A stretch of DNA of 64,000 nucleotides, taken from contig CAXHJY010001363.1 of the NCBI GenBank assembly GCA_964016885.1, positions 66,289-130,288 on the forward strand. The letters are read 5' to 3'. Origin of the DNA: Eledone cirrhosa (taxonomy: Eukaryota). The notes under the pieces were generated by a model. The model had not been told where the DNA came from. It did not search any database and saw nothing but the letters and a program-made list of their open reading frames with translations. Shown here piece after piece: positions 30,688-44,132 of this stretch. Position 1 is the first letter of the stretch, and every line of letters starts with the position of its first letter. Made by a program: the position numbers and the translations under genes.

Positions 30688-31347
30688 CCACACCAACGAT
30701 TTTCCTGTCCCGGCACTTATTTTAATCCGGATATAATTATGAGGTGACACCATATAGATTTCCCATGATTCCCAGACTAGTTAAATCACGTGATAAGGCA
30801 TTAGTTTAAATTTTGAACATTTGAAACTTCATACTATCATAGCCGAGATGTGCAAAGAGTTTTTTCGAATTGTAATTTACTTCTAATCCGGCAAAATTCA
30901 TAATTCATCACGGGTTTAGTACCAAGGGTGCCGGAAAATGGGTGGTATTCCTAGATACATACATATATATATTTATGTATATGTATATATATATATATAA
31001 ATATATATGCATATATATAAATATGTATATGTATATATATATGTATATATATATGTATATATATATATGTATATATACATATATAGATATATATGTGTAT
31101 GTATATATATATGTATATATGTATATATATATTTGTATATATTTTTATAAATATGTATATATATATATATGTGTGTATATATATGTGTATATATATGTAT
31201 ATATATATGTAATTATATATGTATATAAATATCTGTATATATATATATGTATATATATCTATATTTACATATATATATGTATATGTATATGTATATGTAT
31301 ATATATGTATATATATATATATGTATATATATATGTATATATATATA

Positions 31348-31427
<80 letters not shown>

Positions 31428-31440
31428 CATATATATATGT

Positions 31441-31494
<54 letters not shown>

Positions 31495-31563
31495 GTATAT
31501 ATATATGTATATATATGTATATGTATGTATATATATATGTATATATATATGTATATATATATG

Positions 31564-31614
<51 letters not shown>

Positions 31615-31615
31615 G

Positions 31616-31703
<88 letters not shown>

Positions 31704-31861
31704 TCTATATATATGTATATATATGTATATATATATGTATATATATATGTATATATATATATGTATATATATATATATGTATATATATGTATATATATGT
31801 ATATATATATGTATGTATATATATATATGTATATATATGTATATATATGTATATATATATG

Positions 31862-31896
<35 letters not shown>

Positions 31897-31903
31897 GTAT
31901 ATG

Positions 31904-31935
<32 letters not shown>

Positions 31936-31971
31936 TATGTATATGTATATATATGTATATGTATATATATG

Positions 31972-32037
<66 letters not shown>

Positions 32038-32149
32038 TGTATATATATGTATATATATAATGTATATATATGTATATATATATATATTTATATATATATG
32101 TATATATATATATATAAATATATATATACATATATATACATATATATAC

Positions 32150-32198
<49 letters not shown>

Positions 32199-32309
32199 CA
32201 TATATATATATATACATATATATATACATATATATATATACATATATATATACATATATATATACATATATATATATATACGTATACATATATATACATA
32301 TATATATAC

Positions 32310-32342
<33 letters not shown>

Positions 32343-32355
32343 CATATATATATAC

Positions 32356-32386
<31 letters not shown>

Positions 32387-32403
32387 CATATACATATATA
32401 TAC

Positions 32404-32434
<31 letters not shown>

Positions 32435-32451
32435 CATATACATATATATAC

Positions 32452-32482
<31 letters not shown>

Positions 32483-32640
32483 CATATACATATATATACA
32501 TATACATATATATACATATGCATATATATATATATATACATATATATATACATATATATATATATACATGTATATATGTATATATATATGTATATGTATA
32601 TGTATATGTATATATATATGTGTATATGTATATATATATG

Positions 32641-32674
<34 letters not shown>

Positions 32675-32783
32675 ATTGTATATATATATAATTGTATATA
32701 TATATAATTGTATATATATATAATTTGTATATATAACTGTATATATATATAATTGTATATATAATTGTATATATATATAATTG

Positions 32784-32814
<31 letters not shown>

Positions 32815-33115
32815 GTATATATATGTATATATGTATATATATATGTATATATATGTATATATATATATGTATATGTATATATATATATGTATATATGTAT
32901 ATATATGTATATATATGTATATATATGTATATATATATGTATATATATGTATATATATATGTATATGTATATATATATATGTATATATATATGTATATGT
33001 ATATATATATATGTATGTATATGTATGTATATGTATATGTATATATATATATGTATGTATATATATATATGTATGTATATGTATATATATATGTATCTAT
33101 ATGTATATGTATATA

Positions 33116-33166
<51 letters not shown>

Positions 33167-33631
33167 GTATATGTGTATGTATATATATATATATGTATAT
33201 GTATATGTGTATATATATATGTATATATGTATATATGTATATATATATATATGTATATATGTATATGTATATATATATATATGTATATGTATATATATGT
33301 ATATGTATATATATGTAGATGTATATATATATATGTAGATGTATATATATATGTAATGTATATGTATATATATATAATGTATATGTATATATATATAATG
33401 TATATGTATATATATATAATGTATATGTATATTTATATATGTACATATATATGTACATGTATATATATATATGTACATATATATGTATATGTATATATAT
33501 ATATATGTACATATATATGTATATGTATATATATCTATGTACATATACATATATATATATATATATAATATACCTATATATAATATATAATATAATAAGC
33601 AAGCATACCAATCAAAGACATTTAATACATG

Positions 33632-33670
<39 letters not shown>
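27428..33670. repeat. Very long compound (TA)n/(TATG)n/(TACA)n/(TAGA)n tract with two small unique islands
   Basis: Direct. Similar tracts at 6230-6865, 17210-17970, 25250-26420, 35530-35925 and 59060-61005. Confidence 0.95.
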
Positions 33671-33672
<2 letters not shown>

Positions 33673-35241
33673 CCCCAGATGTCGATATATACACTGAAAC
33701 ATAAAATGATTCCATATAAAAAAAGAAAACAATTGTATTTAACAAATTACTTGGCATTTTTTTTTAAATTTCCTGCAAGGAAACAGAAAACTCCGTAAAG
33801 TTATCGTTCAGAAAACGGTTTTTTTACGAAGATCATTTAAAGCTTGCGGCTTTAATAAAGAAATATTCATAAATGTCAACCTGAAAAACAATCAAGATAC
33901 TAAATGTATAAGCGACAAAATATCAACGTGTTTTATGTATGTGTATCTGTATAATCTAGAAACATAAATTTTTTCGTTTTATTTTCGTTTGTAATAGTTA
34001 TTTGTATACATGTTTTTGTACACACTTCTATGTACAGGAATCGATTTGTTTGTCTGATATAGATTCATGCATGAATGGCAATGTATGCAAGTTTACGTGA
34101 TCTTTTACTTATATCAAAAATATATAGCTAATTATTTTAGAATATCTAACCTAGCAAATAGAGGACATTTTTTTTTTAAAGTTTATAGATTTATGACATA
34201 TAAATCCTTCGATCAACTTCGGTAAATATTAGGTTTCGGGCAATATATCAAACGAAATGTCATATCCATGCCATCATGTCATAAACCCGAACAGAATTAA
34301 AAGAATTATTATTCCATAATTCCATAATATTCATTGATTGATCACAAATTTCAGTAACAGTCATATCAACACATTCTAACCCAGTCCGTTATTATAATAT
34401 ATTTGTGTTGCAACATTTACTCACATATATGTTATATTGTATGCCTCACCTCTGGCCATTAATGAAACATGATATATAACGAGTAATTGAACAAAATAAA
34501 AACAAAAAAATATATATAAGTTTTAGAGTTACTTTCAGACAGAATTTCTTGATAATTTCAGAGAGAATTCAGTTAAAATTCTGAAGTGCCTGATAAGAAG
34601 AATTTAACAACTCTTTTAGCCAGACATACTACCAACATTTATTCAAAGTATTTCAAGTGTGTTTAAGTCTGCTAGTGTGTGTGTGTGTGTGTGTGTGTGT
34701 GATTGTCTGTGAGTGTGTGTGTGAGTGTGTGTGTGAGTGTGTGTGTATTTGTGTGAGTATGTGTGCGTGTGCGTTAGTTGAAAGAAAAAAATAAGTTATA
34801 CTGGATTCGGTTTAAAAACAAAATGTCTAAAATGTTATATTTGAAGCAGACATGTTGAATACTAATTAAGAGAGGATATTGATTAGTGTGAATGTCGTTC
34901 TTTAATTAATTTGAATAATCATAGAAACGGGTATGTTTCAAAATTGTATGTATGGAGCCATTAATGTGAAACATTATTTTTGAGAGATGCAGACGACATA
35001 CAAAGTTTAACGAAAATTCATCTGCGTACACGAAGAGAGATTTTATAAAAGCATAACTGATACAGGGAAATGTCTTTATATACATACGTTCATACAGCAT
35101 GTCTTTCATATGCATATATATGTGTAAAAGAAAGAACATTATACATACATGCACATATATCTGTGTGTGAGTATGTACGTGCACGTGTGGGTGTGAATGT
35201 GTTTATGTATGTGCGTTCGTATGCATGTATGTACTTAAGTA

Positions 35242-35283
<42 letters not shown>

Positions 35284-35698
35284 TGTACGTAGGTACGTAA
35301 GTATGTATGTATTTATGTATGTATGTATATATTATGTATGTGTGTATATATTTATTAAAATATGTTTACGTTAAAGATTATGTAATTTTTGTCGAGGAGG
35401 ACTAAACCCGTGTGTTGTTCATATATATATATGCATTATATTGTGTGTGTATATACGTATTCGTTGGTGTTTGTTTACTCCCCTCTTCCGATTCTCTATA
35501 TACGATATTTTCTATATAAAAAAACGTTGTTTATATACATATATATATATATATATATATAAATATATATGGATATATACATAAATATATATACATATAT
35601 AAACATATATACGCATATATATATATACGCATATTTATATATGTATATATGTATATATATAAACATATATGTATATACATATATATACTACATATATG

Positions 35699-35735
<37 letters not shown>

Positions 35736-36221
35736 ATATATACATATATGTATAAACATGCATATGTATATATGTATATATGCATATGTATGTATATATA
35801 CATATATATACATGCATGTGTATATATGTATATATAAACATAGATATACATGAATATGTATATATATATATATATATATAAACATATACATGCATGTGCG
35901 TGTGTGTATGTATGTGTGTATACATGTATTATTAATGGTACACAATTTTCAACAAAATCACAATAGAAATAAGTGATGAGGAGATCCAGGTTATGTTAAT
36001 TAATGGACTATATTAAGTTACGTCCCTTTGTCACTGATAAAGGCTGACGTGTTTATCAATTTGATAATTCCAATACATATGACATCGAAATTTTCCAATT
36101 CAAAATAATGGAAATTTTATTAACAAATATCAAATATGATCTTTTTCTAAATAAAAGAAGAATTAACTTTTGTTTGTATTTCTTTTGTCATTCTCCATGT
36201 GTATTATTATTATGCCTAACA

Positions 36222-36655
36222 CCGGGGCGGTGAATCGGCAGTATCGGTAGAGGGTCGGACGCCATGCTTTGCAGCATAGAGTTACGCCCCTTTACAGTCT
36301 GAGTTCAAATCCCGCCGAGGTTAACTTTGCCTTTCATCCTTACGATGTCGATAAAATAAAGTACCAGTAATACACTGGGATAATTGCTGGCCTTGTGCCG
36401 AAAGTAGAAACAATGTTAGACACTAACACCAGGGCGGTGAATCGGCAGTATCGGTAGAGCGTCGGACACCGTGCTTGGCAGCATAGAGTTACGCCCCTTT
36501 ACGATCTGAGTTCAAATCCCGCCGAGGTTGATTTTGCCTTTCATCCCAACGAGGTCGATAAAATGAAGTACTAGTAACGTACTGGGGTCGATTTAATCGA
36601 TTACAAAATTAATCGATTTAAAATTAATCGATTTAAAAAATTACTGGCCTTGAAA
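36222..36655 (+). mobile_element. Two tandem SINE family A copies
   Basis: Both heads are preceded by ctaacacc. Confidence 0.85.
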
Positions 36656-36887
36656 TCATTGTTATGTCTAACATCCAATTTTTCGTACATTTTAATCCCT
36701 TACAGTAAATTGTTTCACACCTCGTTTGGAAATTTTAAAATAAAAATTAGACTACAGCAGGATCTGAACTCTGAACAGAATATAAACAACTGGAATCCAA
36801 ACTGCAAATCATTCTGCTTAACATTCTACAGATTCCACCAGAGTAACCCCTTTGCAACTCATCCACCATTCTATAGTGAAAATATAA

Positions 36888-37079
36888 TCAATTGTTTCTA
36901 CTTTTGGCACAGGCCAGCAATTACCCAGTGCATTACTGGTACTTTATTTTATCGACTCCGTAAAGATGAAAGGCAAAGTTAACCTCGGCGGGATTTGAAC
37001 TCAGTCCGTAAAAGGATGTAACTCTATGCTGCAAAGCATAGCGTCCGATCCTCTACCGATACTGCCAATCCACCGCCCT
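36888..37079 (-). mobile_element. SINE family A with TSD
   Basis: TSD tagtgaaaatataat on both sides. Confidence 0.9.
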
Positions 37080-37398
37080 AGTGAAAATATAATTAATGTG
37101 TTACAAACTGTTGAGGTACTTTCTTTTCTTGGTGTTAACCAACGGAGATTCTGACAATCTTCCTCGATTAGAAAATAAATCTTCTATGGTGAAACAAACA
37201 GTGTTAGGAATCTTCTGGAAAAAAAAAACTCTTTTCTGATAGTCGCAGGCGTAGCTATGTAGTTTGCTGCTCAATCACGACATTCAGAGCTCCGTCTCAC
37301 TGTGCGACACCTTGGACAAGGGTCTTTTACTATAGCTTTGGATTGGCTAATGTCACATGAGTGAAATTTTGTACACGGTGACTGTAGAATCGTATCGC

Positions 37399-37470
<72 letters not shown>

Positions 37471-37475
<5 letters not shown>

Positions 37476-37714
37476 AAAGAATAGAGGTGTAACACACAAT
37501 TTATTATATATTGGTAAACGGAATAGAAAATGCTGACAAATTGTTCACAGTTGAAAAATGGTTTAATTAGGAATAAAAGAGTATTAGTAATTATATGGGT
37601 TAGTATTCAGTTGTACAATTACTAATACTCTTTTATTCCTAATTAAACCATTTTTCAACTGTGAACAATTTGTCAGCATTTTCTATTCCGTTTACCAATA
37701 TATATATATATATA
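37471..37714. mobile_element. Fold-back island, ~98-bp perfect arms
   Basis: 37505-37602 / 37617-37714, flanked by (TA)n. Confidence 0.75.
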
Positions 37715-37849
37715 TATAAAATGTAGGAGGTGAGTTTTATTGTAGTACAATAAAGCAATGCAGATATCGGATAAGAAGCACTCTACAGTTTGTAGGACTG
37801 GAGTATACATAATATATAAGATCAAAAGATGGTTAAAGGAGTTCTCCTG

Positions 37850-37916
37850 TTTTATCTGATGAAAACGCAAATATTATTGCATGATGATGTTTGTTTTTGA
37901 AATGCGCATAATAAAA
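37850..37916 (+). ncRNA. Type I hammerhead motif in fold-back island 37720-37958
   Basis: UUUUAU-CUGAUGA-long wobble stem II-GAAA-UGCGC-AUA-AUAAAA; arms 37809-37844 / 37923-37958. Confidence 0.7.
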
Positions 37917-38429
37917 TACATGGAACTCCTTTAACCATCTTTTGATCTTATATATTATATATATATATATATATGCGCGCGCGTATGTGTGTGCCAGACT
38001 TTATACAATAAGTACTGGGATCAATTTGATCGGCTAAATCAAGATGTTACCCTCAGGAGGAGGGCCGGAGCCTAATGACTAAAACTTGTAAAAGAATAAA
38101 AGATTAACATGATTAAAAGATTACAGAGTTTATAGTTGGAGAAAATGACCAGAATTCGAAGCAATAATAATACTCCAGTTCCTCCAACCTCCTTGCCAAA
38201 TAATTTCTGATAATTATATTTACTAAGTTACTAAGTTACGTAGGCGACAAAAGCTTGATTTTTTTTTTAATCAAACGTCTTGACTACCAATAACACAGTA
38301 ATCCCCACCAGAAATTTATCTTTTTTATCACCGCCAACATTCCCCATATTCATTCAAAGAGTTTGATAATAGGGTAAATAAAACAATACAAAACAAAGCA
38401 ACATCCTCATCATAATAACTATAGTGGCA

Positions 38430-38542
38430 TACGGCGTTTCTTGGGCATTATCAGCCTGGCAGAGCTCATCTCCTCTCCAGGTCTGAACATAGCATATTTC
38501 TTCCAGAAAAAGATAGAGAGCGAGTGAATGGAAATGAGAAAG

Positions 38543-38581
<39 letters not shown>

Positions 38582-38708
38582 AAGAATTGACCCCAGTACT
38601 TTTTTTATCGACCTCGAATGGACGAAAGGCAAAGATGACCTCGGTGGGATTTGAATACCATAAAAGCATTTTATCCGACGTTCTAACGACTCTGCCAATT
38701 CGCCGCCT
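38430..38708 (-). mobile_element. SINE family B
   Basis: Family match; further copies at ~22380-22545 (-), 49230-49502 (-) and 58195-58455 (-). Confidence 0.75.
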
Positions 38709-39139
38709 ATACAACACTACTACCTACCTACAAATACCCACAAACACATGCAAGAACTAATCGTCTCCCGTGACAGCTTCTCTTAAGATTCATAATTTGG
38801 GGATTTCATAATTTTACTATCACTTCAAAGACAAGAAATCCTTTAGAAATCCCTAAGCAACTGTTGTTCTCAACAAGATCCAACTAATCCTTCTCATGGA
38901 TTACCATTCCAAATAATGAAATTGCAAAGTCTCTCTTTTTCTTTTTCATTTTTGTTCCGAAAAACAAATATTATCAGCTGGATGACATACCGAAAGTCTT
39001 TGGTTTATTGACCATTATCTCAATAGATTTTCTTGTTCGTCTCCAGAACTTTCCGATAATTGCTGTTGCATCGTTTCCTTCTTTTGTCTGTGGCACACAC
39101 ATTTCTGCTTCTTGTGATCTGCTCCCCCTCTTCTTTCTT

Positions 39140-39620
39140 CTTAAACTGTACGCGAAAAGCTACCTAATTTCAACCATGAATTCATTGCGAATCTCCTTCG
39201 ATCTATATACTCTTGAAATACACTTGCTCTCTCTTTTCTTAAACTGTACGCGAAAAGCTACCTAACTTTAACAATGAATACCTCATACTAACAAATTGTT
39301 GTGAATCTCTTTCTATATACTCTTAAAATATACTTGCTCCTTTTCTCCTTAAAATTTACACGAAAATTTATTTCACTTTAACAATGAATTCAGTGTGAAT
39401 CTCTTTCTATATACTCTTAAAATATAGTAGTTCCCTTTCTCCTTAAACTTCACGCGAAATCTATTTCATTTTAACAATGAATTCATTGTGAATTTCTTTC
39501 TATATATTCTAAATATATAGTTGCTTCCTTTCCCCTTAAACTTTACGCGAAAATTTACCTCATTTTAATAATGAATTCATTGTGAATTACTTTCTATCTG
39601 TATACTTTGAAAACACTCAT
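39140..39620. repeat. Degenerate ~95-bp tandem repeat, about 5 units
   Basis: Recurring aaact.tacgcgaaa...caatgaattcattgtgaatctctttctatatactctt. Confidence 0.8.
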
Positions 39621-40681
39621 TCTCCAAAGTAACAGAACAAATCTCATTTGTCATCCAGCCCGGCCGATCCGGAAACTATTCCATTGGATATGAACAATTT
39701 CTTGCTTCCTTGAACAGGGTTATAGAAATAAGATATTACATTTCTTCCTTACAACAATTTCCCTGAAAATATTTTTGTGAAAATGTTTGTTTTTGAAAGT
39801 TTTTCGTTTTTTTTTGCTGTTGTTTTTTATGCAATCTTTCTCGATTTATAATGATACTGGTAGCGCCTTGCTCGACAAATATTCGAAGGAGATTGCACTT
39901 TTGGGTATAACTGTCTAATTTTCGAGCTGATGAAACAATAAATCACAAAACAGCAACATCGATAGAGACAGTTTATTCAACACGAAAGGATTTTATATTA
40001 GATTCTGGTAATTCCTGCATTTCTGATTACTTGGATTTCACTGAACGGATTGATTTTCTGAAATACTGATAAAGCGTATTCACTCTGTTGAAACGTATTG
40101 GCAAGTTGATTCGCTCTTTTTTTTTTCCAAATACTTTCTAAAATTTTCTGGAAAATAGATGAAAAGTACCTGAATTTGTTGACCTAAAAACAATGGCAAA
40201 AAAATGAAAAAATTTTGTTGACGACTATCGTAAAAATAAAGAATAGGCTAATAAAATCAGTTGATACGGTTTAAACAGACACATGTACTTACAGATTCAT
40301 CGGTTGTCAATGAATGTTCTGTGCTCTGGAGTATGATGAATTTTGTGCGTATATTTCGAATTAATATGAAAAATTAAGTACAGTGGTTATGGTACCTTTT
40401 CTTATCGAGCTAGAAAATTCCATCCAGCGTTATGAGAAGATATGTAACATCCAGTTTGGTGACACCTGATGGCAACAAGCCACCCTCCATCTTAGATACA
40501 GCAGCCTTCTTCAGTCATCCGATAAATTAAAACTACCTGCATAAATATCATCACTCACTATTTGTCATGTCTTTATCAACAAGATTTTTAACAACACACA
40601 GAAGCTACCGAAAATCGGGATACAGATGGCCATACGTATGAATATGCCCCCACGAGGAAGTTAAATGACTCTTTCAACACA

Positions 40682-40766
<85 letters not shown>

Positions 40767-40904
40767 CTATAGAGAGAGAGAGAGAGAGAGAGAGAGCGAT
40801 ATATATATATATATATTAACCCACTCGATATGCAAATTGGGCTACTCAGCCGTTAATATGCATAAGGTAAGTATATACGTTCAACAATCTGGCAGGAAGG
40901 TATA

Positions 40905-40945
40905 CGTTGCTGACGATAGCTAATAAGCTTGAAACTAGTACAGCG
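40905..40945 (+). ncRNA. Minimal type I hammerhead in element 40817-41212
   Basis: CGUUG-CUGACGA-UAGCU-AAUA-AGCUU-GAAA-CUA-GUA-CAGCG; palindromic ACUAGU stem III. Confidence 0.8.
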
Positions 40946-41207
40946 TTCCTTTGTCAGTGTTGAACAAACGAGCAACGATGGTTGCTAGACACTACGGCTT
41001 AATACGGGATGTTTGTTTACAAACACACCGAGCATTATAATAAATGTTCGGAGAATCCATACGTACATATATATATGTGTGCATGTATGTATATATATAT
41101 ACATACTACTGTACATCTGTATACATATATGTATGTACGTATACATACTTATATTTAAGTAACAGCCGTACTAAGAGTGGGAAATGAAATTTCGTTTCAT
41201 TTTTTCC

Positions 41208-41266
<59 letters not shown>

Positions 41267-41292
41267 AAAATAGTCAGGACCCCGAACTCGGA

Positions 41293-41333
<41 letters not shown>

Positions 41334-41349
41334 CTTTTACCCACTGTCA

Positions 41350-41407
<58 letters not shown>

Positions 41408-42181
41408 AAAGCGTACGTTGGAACAATGAAATAGTTACACAAGTCGCTGTTATATCGACAGTCGATCGACTTTCGTTAAATAGGACCGAGGAAACAATGT
41501 TGGTTACTTTATTTTATCGTCCCTGGAATTATAACAGGTATAGTGGGGTTTGAACTAAGAACTTAAAGAACAGGAAAATATATTTCTTCTGACCAATCTA
41601 ACAATTCTGTCAATTTGCCACTCTTCTCAGATAATGGTTTCTGATTTAGACACAAGGCCAACAATTTTGGCGAAAGGGTAAAGTCAATTAAATCGACCCC
41701 CATTACGTTACTGGTACATGATTCTATCAACCCCGTAAGGGTGAAAGACATTGCTGTGATATAATAGAATTATAGCTATTTGCATATAAAAACTGAAGTG
41801 CAAGCACACATATATACTTTTTCATACATACACACTCACATACATACATACACACTCACATACATACATACACGCACATATACATAAAATCACACATACA
41901 CACATACATATACACATACATACACATACACACAATCACACGTACACATACATATACATACATTCACACATACATACAATCACACACACATACATACATG
42001 CATAGATATACATACACACGCATACATACATACACACGCATACATGCAGACATACACACACACATACACACACGCATACACACATATATACATACACGCA
42101 ATTACACATACATACATACAATCACACACACATACATACATACACGCACATACATACATATACACATACATACACACATAT

Positions 42182-42298
<117 letters not shown>

Positions 42299-42841
42299 CA
42301 AGATCGATGAGTATTTCTTTTAATATCACAAAATGGCGGAAAGAAGAACTGTAACATCGATCATATACAAAAGAAATCGTGTTTTGCTTTAATTTTTAAA
42401 TAACTCTTAATCACAAACTAAGTCGTGAAAATGGATTTGGGTGAAAGATCTAAATCGGGAATATAAGATATCTTTTGTATTTTTTATATATTTATCCGAA
42501 GGCTAAAAATGAAAATATATATTAAACACTTAATAAGAAAGATAAAATTAGTATCAGATATTTTTTTCCTGTCTATTGTAATGATACATGGTGAAGGTAC
42601 ATGACTTGCTGGTTAGAACATTCGGCTTACGATTGTAAGGTCGTGAGTTCAATTCCCAGACTCGGTGGTGCGATATGTTGTGTCCTTGAGCAAGACACTT
42701 TATATTGCGTTGATCCAGTTCAGTCAACTTGCAAAAATGAGTCGTGAAAATGAATTTGGGTATATAAGATATCTGTAGTATTTTTTATATATTTATCTGA
42801 AGGCAAAATATGAAAAAATATATTAAAACTCTAATAACTTA

Positions 42842-43326
42842 CGAGGGTCGGCTGAAATGTTTATTGGCTGACCAAGATACTCTCACGGAATGAGCGAATG
42901 AGGTTTATCTTTTAACATATTCCCAGGAAAGAAACAATGCAGTTATTAATAAGAAGAGTTGAAATTAATGTATGTAAGATTTCACAGCCCTAGCATCAAT
43001 CCTTCATAGGCTGACCAAGATACTCTCACGGAATGAGCAAATGAGGTTTATCTTTTAACATATTCCCAGGAAAGAAACAATGCAGTTATTAATAAGAAGA
43101 GTTGAAATTAATGTATGTAAGATTTCACAGCCCTAGCATCAATCCTTCATAGGCTGACCAAGATACTCTCATGGAATGACCAAATGAGGTTTATTTTTTC
43201 AACATAGTCCCTGGAAAGAAATAATGCAGTTATTAATAAGAAGAGTTGAAATTAATGCATGTAAGATTTCACAGCTCTAGCATCAATCCTTTATAGTCAG
43301 CCTATGAACGTTTCAGCCGACACTCG
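42842..43326. mobile_element. Mariner-type MITE with three 143-bp internal tandem units
   Basis: TA|cgagggtcggctgaaa ... tttcagccgacactcg|TA; units start at 42866, 43009 and 43152; truncated copy at 48672-48975. Confidence 0.9.
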
Positions 43327-43519
43327 TACATTTTCATCGTGAAGGAGGTACGTAGCTTAGTGGTTAGGGTATTTGGCTGACAATCATGAGTTCGATTCCC
43401 AGCACCACGTTGTGTTGTGTCTTGAGCAAGACACATTATACATATATATACATATATATGCGGTCTGAGATCTTAAAAAAAGAAAAGATATTTTAAAAGT
43501 AACAGTCAAAGTTGTTGAC

Positions 43520-43825
43520 CCGCCGAAGTTAACTTTGACTTTCATCCTTACGGGGTCGATACAATAAAGTACCAGTAATGCACTGGGATAATTGTCGGCC
43601 TTGTACCAAAAGTAGAAATAATTATTTCCAGATATAGGGCGGTGAATTGGCAGTATCGGTAGAGGGTTGGACATGCTTTCTAGCATAGTTACGTCCCTTT
43701 ACGGTCTGAGTTCATATCCTGACGAGGTTAACTTTGCCTTTCATCATTACGGGGGTCGATAAAATAAAGTACCAGTAATGTACTGGGTAATTGCTGGCCC
43801 TGTGCCAAAAGTAGAAATAATTATT
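43520..43825 (+). mobile_element. SINE family A, partial plus full copy in tandem
   Basis: Consensus match. Confidence 0.85.
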
Positions 43826-44132
43826 TAAAGATATACTATATGTATGGAACTACTTTATTCTGTGTACTTTTATATTTTTTAATGCTTAGGTCTGGAGGAA
43901 GGGGCTGGACTTATGCAAACATGGATGCGTTTGCCTGAGACATAACAACTTAATCACATTTCTTCAAATTTCTTCATAATGTATAATTGTATTAACCTCT
44001 GATGATGTCACACCGGTGCAAGTGGCTGATGTAGTGATTGCATAGTGACTGTACACCGGTGCCACTATAAAAATGAGACCGACGCAAATTATTTCCCCCC
44101 TTTGAAAATTTACAGATGAAAAATATAAGCAA

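Noticed and set aside
30686-30955. Unique island as an exon or ribozyme element
   Set aside because: No splice-consistent frame or hammerhead core; probably an unclassified small repeat
27394-33798. Long ORFs up to 761 aa rich in Y/I/M/C/H
   Set aside because: Translations of stop-poor (TA)n-derived microsatellites; the same applies to the ORFs at 6.2, 15, 17, 25, 35, 42, 48 and 59-62 kb
43997-44066. ctgatga followed by hairpin caccggtgca...tacaccggtg
   Set aside because: No GAAA-stem III-UH half found; at best a truncated remnant
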